NCBI GenBank assembly: GCA_002269645.1
Contig: NIVC01003328.1
Coordinates: 39,884 to 103,883 of the forward strand
Length of the DNA stretch: 64,000 bases
Direction: 5' to 3'
Source of the DNA: Macrostomum lignano
Taxonomy: Eukaryota
Part shown: piece by piece, positions 22,815-36,255 of the stretch
How positions within the stretch are numbered: the stretch's first letter is position 1
Layout of the letters: every line of letters begins with the position of its first letter
Position numbers and translations under genes: made by a program
The notes under the pieces: generated by a model
The model's database searches: none
What the model was told of the DNA's origin: nothing
What the model saw: the letters and a program-made list of their open reading frames with translations, nothing else

Positions 22815-25800
22815 CCCGGGTAGCATTTTGACAACAATTTGCGGTTGCGTTGACGTCGCAAAAATTACCTTCGCAAATCTATTCACCCCAGCCCGTCTTC
22901 GTTGATATTTTAGTTTATTTTTGCATAATTAGATGCCAGAGTCAATATGCATTTATAGTCATCATTTTGCTAGCTCAATTATACCTGTAAAATAGCAAAG
23001 AAGTAACGTAAAATATTCGTTGTAAAGTAGGTTGAAAAATCAACGTCAAACTTTAGTCATTATGGGGTGCGTTCGAGTGACTTAAAATGACTTAAACTGC
23101 CATTTTAACGTCCTTAGTAAAACAAATGTTAAGCAGACTAAATGTAAAAATAATCTAGGTAAATGATAGTCAAATTACAATTAAGAATTAATACAATTTC
23201 TAAAACCGGTCTAAGATTAAAAAACGTCGCCTATACTTCTTCCAACTCAACCTGAACGCCTAGGCACCGTTTTAACTTCGCTCGCAATTACCACATTTAA
23301 TCGTAATTTAATATTTTGTATTCTTCACCTTTGTTCTATCATTTGCTTTCACGTCCTTTTGCTCAGTTCGCTGCCCGTCATTATAGTCTTTGAATAATTG
23401 CTTAGTACTAATATTGTTTATTTATTAATTGTTATTACGTAGTAGTTTATTTGGACTTGGAATATAGTCACTATTTCAGCTTGGTTCTTATTCTTCAATA
23501 TAGTATCTGAGTGAACTTCATGTTATAGTTTTGTCTTTCTATTTATTCTATAGTATTGTATCTATAGTATAGTATTGTATATTGTATTCTATAATATAGT
23601 ATCTATAGATAGATATCTATGAGTTGTTGTCTCAACATCTTTCAGTGTTAGCCTCAGCAATCCATTATCTTGCGTTGCAGTTGCTGGGTGTATGCAAGCA
23701 GGATATATTCAACTACATGTACGAAGGGGCAGCATCTATATAGCAGCATCTACTCAGATAATCTATATAGTAGTCATTTCAGAAACAAAAAGTTGCCTAC
23801 CTCCGACCAAATACTGCAGGGCGGTGTCGTAATTAGTCGACTCCACAAGAAGCCTACACAATTGTCCACCATTTTTCTATGAAAACATCAAATACAGGCA
23901 TTGTTATCCAGCGGTGTAGATTAACACTACTTGCAAAAAATGAGTATATGCAACAAGAGAAACTGTAAACAAATTTACAGAGATTGGCACAAAATACAAA
24001 AAATATATGAAACTTATTGATGCAGAGGTATATTTGAAAGAAATGTTTTTTTTGGTTTATATAAGTTGACTGTGATGAATAAAGATAATAAATAAGGAGC
24101 TCATTACTATATTCAAAAAAGCAAAAGAATAAAAAACAAGGTAAGTCAGTCAACTATTCATTGAGAAAAAAATAGGCCAGATAGCAATAAAATAATATGA
24201 TTTAACCAAAGTGAATAATTCCTTGGTATTACAATAGCTACGGAATAAATAGAAAGACAAAACTATAACATGAAGTTCACTCAGATACTATATTGAAGAA
24301 TAAGAACCAAGCTGAAAAAGTACAAAACTCCAATAGAAAAATAATAACAGTAGCAACAATAATAGTGACTATATTCCAAGTCCAAATAAACTACTATGCA
24401 ATAACAATTAATAAATAACAATATTAGTACTAAGCAATTATTCAAAGACTATACTGACGGGCAGCGAACTGAGCAAAAGGACGTGAAAGCAAATGATAGA
24501 ACAAAGGTGAAGAATACAAAATATTAAATTACGATTAAATGTGGTAATTGCGAGCGAAGTTAAAACGGTGCCTAGGCGTTCAGGTTGAGTTAGAAGAAGT
24601 ATAGGCGACGTTTTTTTAATCTTAGACCGGTTTTAGAAGTTGAATTAATTCTTAATTGTAATTTGACTATCATTTACCTAGATTATTTTTACATTTAGTC
24701 TGCTTAACATTTGTTTTACTAAGGACGTTAAATGGTTTATATACTCCAGTACTATATAATTACGTAGATTGAATGATTTTTATAACACTGAGAAAAGTAA
24801 GGGAAAAAGTAAGGCTCGTTTTTTTACAGTTTTATTTTGTTAATACGTATTATTAAAATCGTATATTTGAATATTTTGCTGCATGATAAATCGCTTTGTA
24901 TCATAAGTGGCGTTGCTTTTTTATTTAGTTAGTGTTACCAGCTATATGAAACTTCACCTTCACAATGATATCAACGTCATCTTTCTCCTGGTTGAATATT
25001 ATTCGAAATATTTTCAGCTGCCATAAAACGTACCAATAGATGTTTTTGGTATAGAATGACTTAAAGCAATACCAAATCATGGCTGATTTAGCTACTACAA
25101 ACTTTGCTAAATTGGCTGGCTAATAAAATAGTTGCTCATTTTAATTCTACTACTTTCTCTCTCCCCATTTTCCTATCAGTACTGCTGTTTGTATTGGAAA
25201 TATACAATAATAATAGCCTGGCCTACCACAAGTATTGCATTGATTACAACTACTAGAGTTAAACATAATTCCTATCAAAATAATTGTCTGGAAATCAAAT
25301 TCCTACATACATACAGTTTGCAAAGAACTGCTTGATTTTCAAATCAGTCTTACTCTCAGCCTAATCATATATAATCATTGGACCTTAGATATCATATCCA
25401 AGATCCAATTTCAAATTTTTATTTGGAAGGTGCAGTTGTTCTAGCATTTCTATCATACAAAAAGCTTGGCATAGGCCTACTTGATTTGAAATTAATATTT
25501 TTTGTTTCTTAGTTTTACTAATCAGCCATTTAATTACATCATATCTATTATACATGCTAAGTTCATGTTAGCATTTAAAATATATTTTAGTTTCCTAGTT
25601 AGCTCATTAAAATCTTTAGTAGGCCCTAATTTCTCATTTTAGCACTCTTAGAGCTACAATTTCCTTAACAAACTTATACTTAGCTATATTCTATATTAAA
25701 ACATATATTTATTAATGTTTTGCCTCATCAAGTAGCCTATAGCTTGTTAATCATATTTAGACATATTTTAGACATTATTGTAGCATTGCTAGGCACTATT

Positions 25801-27168
25801 GTTTAATTTTTGGTTGAGCAGATTTTTTAGCTGAATAGAAAGTCTGAACAAAAGTAAAAATATTTATAAGATTATGTATAGAAATCCTAAGACTAAGAGT
25901 AAGGCTAAAGACTTCTGTATAATAGGGCCTATAGTTTTGTATATTGTAATTTGTGGATATATAAAATATAACTGTACAAATGCATAAGTCAAAATCTTTT
26001 TATAACCAAATATACTTTTTTCTGCCTATTTCAGATGGCCACCTAGGTGAAGAGGACAGGAGAGATTGCTACTATATGCCATCAATGATACTAATTCCAA
26101 CTACTAGATAAGGAGGAGAAAATTCATTCCCATGATGACATCATCCCTGCTTATTGGAACAGGTTGTCATGAAGGGATGTCAGCTAGTCAATTTGAGGAA
26201 GGAGTTGTGGAAGAGGATAACAATTTACGATTTGATTCAGTCTCCTCCAATTCAGAGACTGGGGACTATCAAGAATTTGATGTAGATCTTCTGAGTGAAA
26301 GACTGGGCAAAATGCAGCAATATTCAACTATACTCTCTATTTATTTATTCTACAGTTCTGTTGTTTGCTGCTTTCATCCTTATATTTGTTTCAATGACAC
26401 TGTTTCCAACATTCTATTCTGTTTTGTCAGTACTGTCATTTTTGGCGCTATTGTAAATTTTTCAACTTTTAAAATTTAATTTATTACCATCCTTTTCATA
26501 AATTTTCATATGCAAGCATCAACTTAATTTGTGTTAAAATAACAATTTACGAAAAAAAAGTAACAATAACTTCTGAATCCAATTTCTACAATATGTATGT
26601 ATACAAGAGAAGATGAATATAAGGCTTTGTCCGCATGTATTCTTGTTTAATATTTTCTGGTAAAAATGTAACTATTAGCCAAGGGGGGTCATTGGGGTCA
26701 TGAACCCCCCAGCCGGCTGATCCAGGCCAAATACAGGCAGCAGCCCCCCTCCCCCGTCGCAGAGGCCTAACACCCCGCCCCCGGTTGCCGCTGTGACTGT
26801 GACCCCCGGAAGGAAATTCCTAGCTACGCCACTATTATTAGCTTCTAGAAATAAGATGGATACATGTACTGCCTACACACATTCAAAGAAAGTTGACTTC
26901 AGAATGCAAAGATAACCATCAATTATAAAGCCAGTAACATTTGTTTTCTTAAAAGACATTATACCAGTCATTTCGTGCATTTAAAAGCCATTAAATCTAT
27001 TAAATAAAGACGGTAAAATTTCGGTACATTTTGACGTCAAAACAACGTCATAGATCCAGGTCAAAATTACGTAAAAAACATCGACAGAATTGACGTCCTT
27101 TCGACGTTACACTTTGACCTATTTTCAACGTCATTTTGACGTCGCGCAACGTCACTTTGCTACCCGGG
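22815..27168. mobile_element. Non-autonomous DNA transposon with CCC...GGG termini (probably CMC/EnSpm-like), ~4.35 kb, containing nested inserts
   Basis: TIR CCCGGGTAGCA/TGCTACCCGGG; TA-like flanks; subterminal GACGTC/AACGTC motif arrays. Confidence 0.65.
23100..24735. mobile_element. Foldback element: ~450-bp inverted arms (23100-23548, 24243-24735) around a ~690-bp spacer
   Basis: The arms are near-identical reverse complements over their whole length; the right arm has a ~45-bp insertion. Confidence 0.9.
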
Positions 27169-30100
27169 TACTGTACTAATGATATGTATACTAGGACTAC
27201 ATGTATCCGGAAGGTGCATGCACTCACATGTGAGCTATTGAAGTTTTAGATTTCCGCTGTATATAGTTTGTTTAAAGACGGAAATAATCTAGACTTCGAA
27301 AAGCAACCTCTCCTCGGCAGCCACGATTTATTTTGTCTTGTAAACTACGCTTATTTCACTATTCGACTTTTGCTGAATTTAAAGCTACATGTACCATGAC
27401 AATAGCATGCGGTTACAATGTACCTCATGACCCACTGCACCCCTACACAAAGATTATATGATTTGCTCATTTAAAACACTATTACTTCAGTATATACAAT
27501 TTATTCGTATATTTTCTTATAGTTAAACCTCACCATTAGATACCTGCAAATGCGTGCATGAGCAAAAAATTTTGACACTAACATGCGGAAATCATTTAGT
27601 GTAATGGGCGATCCTCCCCGGGCTGCCAAAAAACGTTCGTCCAACGAAAAGGATATTTAGGCAAAGTGAATAGTCGTATGGGCTGTTGAAAAAACGTTGG
27701 AACAATGTGGGACATTCAACGAAGGAAAATACCGCACATTTGCGGCACATTTACTTTTAGTAGCATCATATGCATGTTTGTATACCTGTACAAAATAGAC
27801 GAATTGGCCGGAATTTTTTTGAAAAACTCTGTAAATCGGGTAAACTAATCTGTTCCCGTTTGTATATTATGCAAAGCTTTTCGTACATCGCTCGTAGATA
27901 AGATGAAAAATTAAATTCGCTGGACGACGATAAAGGAAGCTGAAACTGTTTTTCTGCTACATGTACGAGCGTACAGGCAGCTATAGAGCTGATGGCAATT
28001 ACAATGAATCAGATATTTCCGTTATAAATTACATTACACGTACAATTTATTGAGCTTGTTAAATTTCTAGTTTGCTAAAGGCGCCGAATAACTTTATATT
28101 TTGCTGGCTATATTAAAAGTCTTCATACATGTATAATATGGTTGCCCGTTAGTTAGCTACTACTGACAGTAAGGTCCTAAAGAGTATCCGAAAGCATCAA
28201 TATAACCCACTGGAAAATCACACCCCGATTACTCAGTTAGTTGTAGAATAAATGTATTAAGCGAAGTCCACCATATTCAGTCGTAAACCGTCAGAAACTG
28301 ATTTATTTAGAAGTTTACTAACAGACTATACTAATTGATGGCATGCAATACTCAATGCTGAAGTTCATTCAGCAATTGTTCTTTGCTTTTTTGACTGAAA
28401 CAACAATACAAAGAAGATATGAGGAGCTCATCTGAGCGGCTAATTGCTATTGGATGAAGGTTGATGAGGAGTGCCGCTATCTGTGAACGGATTGGGCCAC
28501 GGTTCCCCCGCTTCCTGTGGACAAAATATTATAGCTGCGTACGTGGGTTTCAATTCATGGCCTCTTTGCATTTGTTAATTTCTGTTGTGTAATTAAGTTG
28601 TTAATTTGCTGATTATAAATTTTCACTGAATCACTGTAGTCTATAACTGAAGCTGTGCTATAGCGGACATTTTAGTGTCAGTTCTAGCGGTAGCTCAAAG
28701 TTAAACAGTACTACGCATTTTAGTCGAAACGAGTTTCAATCAGTTTTATAGTTTCAATTAATTTTTGCATATATTAGATAAATTAAGCAGTTAAGTAAAC
28801 ATAGAGTTTGCTGCTATTGAGTCTAAATAAGCTATTCAAGCTTCCCAATATTAATTAAGGCTGGGACACTAGTCGCTATCGATAAACCCCACCTGCAGAT
28901 TCCAAACAATTAGGCTGCTCATGATCAGCACTAGATTATAGCAAGGTTAGCTCCTGCCGCTGCATGGCCGGGTGAAAAAATTTAGGGAATTCAATAGTTC
29001 AGATCCTGTATCGAAAAAAGAGGCGGGGTGAGTAGAAGGTCACAACAAAGGCATTCAAAAAATCATCTACCCAGTGAAAAAAATGATATGGATTCCATGT
29101 GGATTTATCATATGAAATCCATATGTGCATTTGTCTCCGTCCATCCATGTGGAATCAAGATATGGATTCCACATGGAAGATCCACATGGAAGTAATTATG
29201 TATTTCACATAGAATCCACATTGTCATTGAGTAAGCAGCCATTATACTGGTTGCCATAATAAATTGTTGCATCCTAAATCTCAAAATAATACCAGATCTC
29301 AAAATTTCATACAAACCCCAGATCTCAATACCATATAAAAGAAACTGAAACACAGATAAAACATTAGCTATAGCCAAAAATATTTCTGCACAAAAATATA
29401 TTCAAAAAGGATGTATCAATAAGTAAGGTGTATTTATGTACAGTAGTGAGTCACTAGCACACAAAGAATAAACACACTGATGTAGATATTGATATCTTTA
29501 AAGTTGCGCTGCGCATATGATATAATATATAATTTGAAATTGACATTGTCAATAGCATTAATTAATTAACAATAATATAATGCGCCAGAATTAGAACAGT
29601 CAGAAACATGCTGCTGCCAATTGCCAGAATGCTGCTTCTTCAGGTCAGGTGAGCAACCTTAGAAAAGAAAGGGGTTAAATTACAGAATTTTATAACAGAT
29701 TGATAACAGATTTTGTAATAGATTTTTATAGATTTTGATCTTATAACAGATTTTGATGACAGAAAAAAATCAGTTTATAACTAAAACTTACCATTACTTC
29801 ACAAAAGGTAGCATTCGAGATATTAAATTCCAATTCCAAGTAGCTTTGCATGCTTCTTCAAAGGCAAGACCAAGGTGACATCCAAGTTTAAGGATGGGCC
29901 ATGTAATGTTAGGCATGCAAGAAATAGAAAAATAATTGTTGCCAATTAAGATTGATAGATAATATTGATATAATTCATAAAACTAATTTAAGGATGAATA
30001 CTTAATAAAGTTTATTTTAAAATTAACTAGGCCTAAGTCTTAGGTTTATTTTTTTAGCGCAAAGTGTGCATATGCCTTCGCCAGGGGTTAGCAAAATGGG

Positions 30101-30555
30101 CAGCAATGCCTCCTCGCTGTTTCCAGATGCACAGAGCCCCCTGCAGCTAAGTCAAGTAAGTCAAGTGCACCCTAAATCTTAAAATTGTACCTTGAAAACT
30201 GAAATTAAAAAGTTGATACAGTTTAGGTGCGATCTCATTACCTATTTTTATGTTGAAGCCTTATTTGCATTGCCTTTATATAAGAAAAAAAAGAAACTAC
30301 ATTCTAAGCCTTAAAATCATAAAACCCTAAAAATGAGCATAGGGTATGATTTTGCACCTTGTCTCTAGCAAAAAAGAAAACCCTACCTAAGTCAATCAAT
30401 AAAATAAAATTAATAAAATTAAAATAATAAGTATAAAAATAATTAATATATGTTTCTATAAATTTAATTTTTTTTTTAAAATTGATTTTAGACTATAAAG
30501 TATTTAGGCAAAGCAATGCATGTTTTTCATATTTGCTGGCCTAGTATGATTAAAA

Positions 30556-30917
30556 GGGGGGCCGTAGCCAAGTAGTAGCGCAGCTGCTCTGGTGTGCCAG
30601 CGACCCAAGCTCGAATCCAAGTACAGTCATATTAATTTGGGGCTGAATTGGAATCTCAGCTTGGCTCTCTGCTCATGCAATTAATGGCCTTGAGAGCCAA
30701 CCCCCCAAGGCACAGTGAAGTATACATGCCTAACGATAAATAAAGCTAGGGCCGCTGTACATTCCTGTATGAGTGTGCTTGCATACATATCTGCACACTT
30801 GTGTGCCTGCTTAGGGGAGTCGGCGGAATAGGCAGCAATGCCTCTTGCCAGTTGTATGCCTATGTCGCTTAAAGTGCGCCAGGGTGCACACAACCCCCCT
30901 GCCTCTAATAAAAAAAA
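30556..30917 (+). mobile_element. tRNA-derived SINE, ~360 bp
   Basis: Head GGGGGCCGTAGCCAAGTAG (A box) and GCTCGAATCC (B box, 30609); A-rich tail; ~13-bp TSD TAGTATGATTAAA/TAGTATAATTAAA. Confidence 0.8.
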
Positions 30918-30964
30918 TAGTATAATTAAACATTAGGCCTAACCTAAGCCTAAATAGCTATGCC

Positions 30965-31136
30965 CATACATGCGCAACTTTGGGAATCACCCGGCCGTTT
31001 CTATTGGCAACATACACATGTAAGTCGCTATTGGCTGAGAGCAGTCACGTGACTACTATTCTGTCCAATAGCGACTTACATGTGTGTGTTGCCAATAGAA
31101 ACGGCCGAGTGAATCCCAAGGTTGCGCCCAAGCATG
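30965..31136. mobile_element. Almost fully palindromic hAT MITE, 172 bp
   Basis: Perfect 8-bp TSD GCTATGCC; left TIR CATACATGCGCAAC; 30972-31127 forms a near-perfect hairpin centred on AGTCACGTGACT. Confidence 0.85.
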
Positions 31137-33747
31137 GCTATGCCTTATGGCTTAAAATTAAATTCTGGACTTGGCCTAAATCAGATCAAATTTACAATAA
31201 TCATTCTTTATTTTTAATAGCAACCTTAGGGATCTGCTAGGCTAGCTATGCCAAAAGCAAGTTGCAAGTGTAATTGCAAAGAATTATTTATTATAATTAA
31301 TAATATTGTTTTTAAAAATGCAACAAGTCCAAAAGATGCTAACAGACTTTTTTGAAGAAAATCATAAATTAATTGATTTTTAACATATTAACTAGATTGA
31401 CTAGTCACAATTCACAAAGTCAAGCTAGTCCTAACCTTAATTAAAATAGAAGGACCTAAATTGATAGTTATAGCAGGCCTAGCTTAAAATACGCTTAATA
31501 AGCATACATATAAATAGATAGGACTAATAATAGGTAGGACTAAGAGGAAATTATGAACTTCTAAAGGTCTATTTAAGTTAAAAAAATGAGTAGCCAATCT
31601 ATGGACATGGCCATGGGATTTCTAGAAATTGGAGGCCTAGGCCTAAATAAATTTATCATGGATTTTACCAAAAGTATTAGGCCTATCTATGATAAAATAC
31701 TGATTTATCTAATTTCTAATCTCATGGAGGCTATGGCCTGATAAGTTATTGCCTATAGGCTAGGTCTACTAAAATTTTTAAGGTGCTTAAATAGCCATAA
31801 ACAAGGCAATTTATCTTTCAAGGCCTTGAACCAAAACATTGACGAATATAAAATAAAATTAATTTAATTTTAAAAAGCACGAAGCGTTTTTTATTGTTCA
31901 CTTCTATTTTGTCTATTTTAACAAACAGTGTCTTATTTGCCGATTATAATTTAGCTTTAAGATATTAATTTTAACTTAAAAACATATAAATGTAATAATT
32001 AATTATAGTAATTTCCTAAAAATGTCTGAATGTGGTGTATCACAGTTTTTTATCGAAGTGGATTCCATGTTGAATCAATATACGCTTATTTCTCATGAAT
32101 TCCTTGTAAAATCCACATCAACATTAGGACAGTAAAAATAAAAAAATAATGCATAAAAAATACTTTGCATACCATTATGTCATCTTTAAGTTAATAATTT
32201 GCAAAAAATAAAGAAACATTTAAATTCCACATGGCCACGTGGAACCCACGTGGAATCCATGAATCATTTTTCACTGGGTAGAGAAACTATTAAAAAAAAC
32301 CGAAAGCGGTAATTCAGTAACTCCAGCACTGCACCATACTGAAAGAGTGCTGGAGGAGGAAGATCAAATTTGTCACATGGCATCTCCATGTGCCTCACTA
32401 CTGACGCAAGGTGAAAATCGACTAGACGAAGAAGAATCCACTTCTCGGGTACTACCAGGAGAGCCACTTCTCCTGATGCTCTAACTGGAGACACCTGAAA
32501 GCACTGTAGAGGTTGATCGAGACTGCTTTCATATTCCCTTATCGCAAGTCCTAGGTAAAAACTTTTATTTGTTTTATTAGAATTCTAATCTCCCACCTCC
32601 CACTGTGGTCTACGGACCGGGACGACCCTTGAAATCATTTAAAATCATTTAATTAAAACGCAAAACTTATGTTTTTTGTTTTCGTAAGGTAAAACAATTC
32701 TGATAAACAATCTTCAATGTTAGTGCCTGACTGACTCTACTTGGCACAAAAAAATTTTAAGCAAAAATAACAATTTTAAAAAGCTGCGTTTGTAATTATC
32801 AAATTAAAAAGTTAAAAAAGATTTTTCACCGAAATGTGTCAGAGCGACTCAACTCCACGTTGGAGACCTCCGTGCACATGCTGACATCGATGTGCGCCAA
32901 GACAATTCAAGCCGAACTCAACTTACTCAAGATGGCAGGTAGCATAGAACGGGATATAATTAGCATTTTAGACCCTATTTAAGCTTAAATTTTAGAAAGT
33001 TACTTGCACTCGATGAAGCATTCACTGTTGAGTGTTGATTGTTGAATAGATTATAGATATAGCCTATTTCCTATTTGCACAAATTATTCTATAAAAAGTC
33101 CATCATTAGTAATTTTAAATCTATTTATGGAGCAGTGCAAGTTTATCAGTAAAAATTATCATTATGCTAATAATAGGGCCTACTAACTAACATATGCTGG
33201 CATAAAGTAAGCCTACATTTGCCTTTTTGTTTTACAATTAGATAATTGTTATTCAAAAATAATTATAGGCCTAATAGAAATATAATAGTGGTAGAGATTT
33301 TTTATAATAATGAATAGATTATGTAATAGGCCTAAGAAATTTTAGTAATATTTTGAATAGCAATCATTTCAAGATCAGATAATCCCCTCTGGCTCTAGCC
33401 CTATTAGAATAAGTGTAGAACACCTACACCTACGGACATGCAATATCAACATGGGGGCTAAAATTGTAGCTCACAATTGCAAGGTGACAGAACATGTTAA
33501 CTTTTGCACAAAATATAGGCATAGTACTAATTAGATGATGATGCTTTTTAGCTTTAATAAGATAGTCATAGTTACTCATACTCTTGACATTTACCCAAAA
33601 ACTGCACTATGCTATAATACCACTTGCCTTAACTCAAGTGGTGATGCAACTTGCAACACTGAAAAATTCCAAAAGAAATGTAAGCAATAATGCAAGAATA
33701 GTTGTCCCCCTTAGGTGGAAACCAGAACCAAAATCAAAGGGGTGACC

Positions 33748-34235
33748 CAGTGTGCGGATCATGTACCCGTGTACGCCGGAAAAAATTCGGGCGTCTAGGA
33801 CTTTGTACGCCAGTGTACGCCAAAAACAAAAAGTTGCGCTAAAATGTACACCAAAAATTCCTAAAAAAAGGTCATTTGGTTTTCACGAGTAGAGTTTTCT
33901 AAGAAAGGCTTTTGTATGACAAATGTTTTTAAAATATTACGAATATTTTCAATTTAAACAAACCTAAATTATACTTACAAAAAATATGATGCAAAATTAA
34001 TACTTTACACAAAAACGTTAATTTACATTACAATTTTCATGCATGGCATGAATTTATTCACCAAAATTTGTACGCCAAAAAAGTATGCGTGGCTGTGTTA
34101 CTTGTGTACGCCAATAGTGTACGCCAACAAAGTGCGCCAGGGGTTGTGTACGCCGATTGTGTACGCCAAGGACTTAGGGTGGCCGTTTTGTACGCCGGAA
34201 AAGTTCCGGCGTACATGCATACCATCCGCAACCTG
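33748..34235. mobile_element. hAT-like MITE with TGTACGCC subterminal repeats
   Basis: TIRs CAGTGTGCGGAT / ATCCGCAACCTG; flanking GGGTGACC duplicated, with a G-run slip. Confidence 0.75.
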
Positions 34236-34381
34236 GGGGGTGACCAACCATTTTTTGCCAGAATACAGAGCCATATCCCCTCTGTCCTATCTTCATCAGT
34301 GTTAGTGATAGATCCAAAAATTTAGATTCAGAATCCAAATCCAAAATGGCAAAAAATGTCTTACTTTTTTAGAAATACAAA

Positions 34382-34679
34382 CATACATGCGCAACAGTCG
34401 GCCGAGTCGGCCGATCCGGCCGACCGATTTGGCGGCCAATCAAGGAAGTCGCAAAAATGCCCACCCAAAAAATAACCTGAAGAGTAGTACTAAGTAGCTG
34501 ACGAGGCATTTTAGCTTAATAAAACAGTCATAGTTACTCCTGCCGTTTACCCAAAGTTGCGTTAATTTTGCTTTCGGGTTTTTTTATATGTAAGTCGCAT
34601 TTTTGGCCAAAAACTACGTCGCATTTTTGTTAAAACTAAGTCGCACGGCTGACCGAATTTTGGAGGTTGCACATGTATG
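34382..34679. mobile_element. hAT MITE, 298 bp
   Basis: TIRs CATACATGCGCAAC / GTTGCACATGTATG; perfect 8-bp TSD AATACAAA. Confidence 0.9.
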
Positions 34680-35130
34680 AATACAAATGTTTTCAGAATT
34701 GAAATTTTTTTTCCAAATTTTCCAAATGTACTTTCAAATATGAAAAATTAAGAAACCTAAACAAATTCAGGTTTATAAAAAAATAAAACTTTTGAAATAA
34801 AAAAGTATACTAAAAATGCAACATTTTATATCATATTGTTCATTTTTGCAGTAAAATATTTGAAAGAAAGTTATATAAAGTGAAGTTATTGAACTTTAAG
34901 ACATTTGAGGCATTGAACCCTAAAGTCATAAAAACATTTTTGGCAATAATTGCTTAAGTATAATCATTAGTTGTTTTTTTTCAAAATGCAAATGCATAGG
35001 CTTATGGATTACAATAAAGTATTCTTAAGAAAACAAACAGGCTAACGCCAGTTAGTATTTGTAATTAAAATTAGCTAGATTAAGTTATATAGGAATTATA
35101 TACAATTCAAAATTACTTACTCTCTACCCA

Positions 35131-35632
35131 CACTCCAGATCATGTAGTATATGCCCGAAAATTTGGGCATGCATTGGCCTTACATGCCAAAATTAGGCAT
35201 GCACAGTTGGCATGCATCACTCCTGAGAAAATAGTATGCGTGCACACCTGGTGTGCACTTTATAGAATCACGCATAAGAGTTATTGTAAAGTAGAAAAAA
35301 GATGAAAAAACTTCATTTTCAAGTGCAAATTTTAAGCTTTCCAGGTTTTTCCAGCTCGTAAAAGACTATTTAAACAAATCTTTGCGTGTATAAACTTTCC
35401 GCTGTTAATAGTATTGCCAAAAAAAGCTTTAAAAAAAGCAACAAAATTATCTAATATTAAGGGTCTATTATGCAATTTAAAAAAGGTCTTTTATTGTCAC
35501 AACGTAAAAAAGGTCATTTATTGTCGCAACACTGGCATATTTTTGAGAATGGGCGTGCACTAAATTTTTTTCGGTGTGCATTTGTAATTATTCAATTTTT
35601 GTTCGGGCATGCACCCAGCATGATCCGGACTA
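35131..35632. mobile_element. Degenerate MITE with GGGCATGC subterminal repeats
   Basis: Imperfect TIRs CACTCCAGATCATG / CATGATCCGGACTA; no TSD recovered. Confidence 0.5.
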
Positions 35633-36255
35633 TGGCTCTCTACTAAGTTTTAATTCTTGCAATTTCACTTGAATTTTGCTTAAAACTTGGAAAATCCATA
35701 TTCAGTCTATCACTGATCTCTATATTCACTATATTCTCTAATTTATTATATGGTATATCAGAAAAAGTGAACCTTAATACTATAAATAATAAATTCAAGT
35801 TTATGCCAAAAAAGTTTATATCAGACATTATCAAGAAGGCATTACAAAAATAAATGACTTATTTTGCATTCCAACAATAAAGGACCTTTTTGCTTCGTAT
35901 TAATAAGACTATATGACCTTTTTTGCATTACGAAATTTTGGCCTTTTATACACCAGTGTATGCCAGCTTTGTGGCACAATTTTCTAGTGGATTGTTTCAT
36001 ATGCCAGATGCCAACCATTTTTTCAAGACCACAATATACTAGAATTTTCTAGCATATATGTAAGATTTAGGAGTGGAGCATAGTTAGAAAGATGGCCTTT
36101 TTCATAGAAAATTCCAATACAAAAGAAGGTTGGTCATGTACCACTCTGGCATATTCTGGCACAATAGCAGGCAACCCTATTGGAATAAATGTTAAAAACC
36201 TGCGGACACGCGCTTTAGAAAAGAGTCAAACTATTTTACCGCACTTTAGGATTAT

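Larger units (their letters stand above)
29071..32278. mobile_element. Non-autonomous CCC...GGG DNA transposon (probably CMC/EnSpm-like), 3.2 kb, TA flanks
   Basis: ~35-bp TIR CCCAGTGAAAAA(A)ATGAT..ATGGATTCCA.GTGG at both ends; TA on both sides; subterminal CCACATGGA repeats. Confidence 0.8.

Noticed and set aside
26035-26479. Exon-like patch with ERLLLYAIND (vaguely HECT C-terminus) and a 115-aa ORF
   Set aside because: Stops in all frames and a match too short to support a call.
30556-30630. Functional tRNA gene
   Set aside because: The T-arm and acceptor stem do not pair properly and the sequence continues into a SINE body with TSD.
32264-32940. Exon-like GC-balanced patches (76-aa ORF; 32840-32938)
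   Set aside because: No recognisable domain and inconsistent strands.
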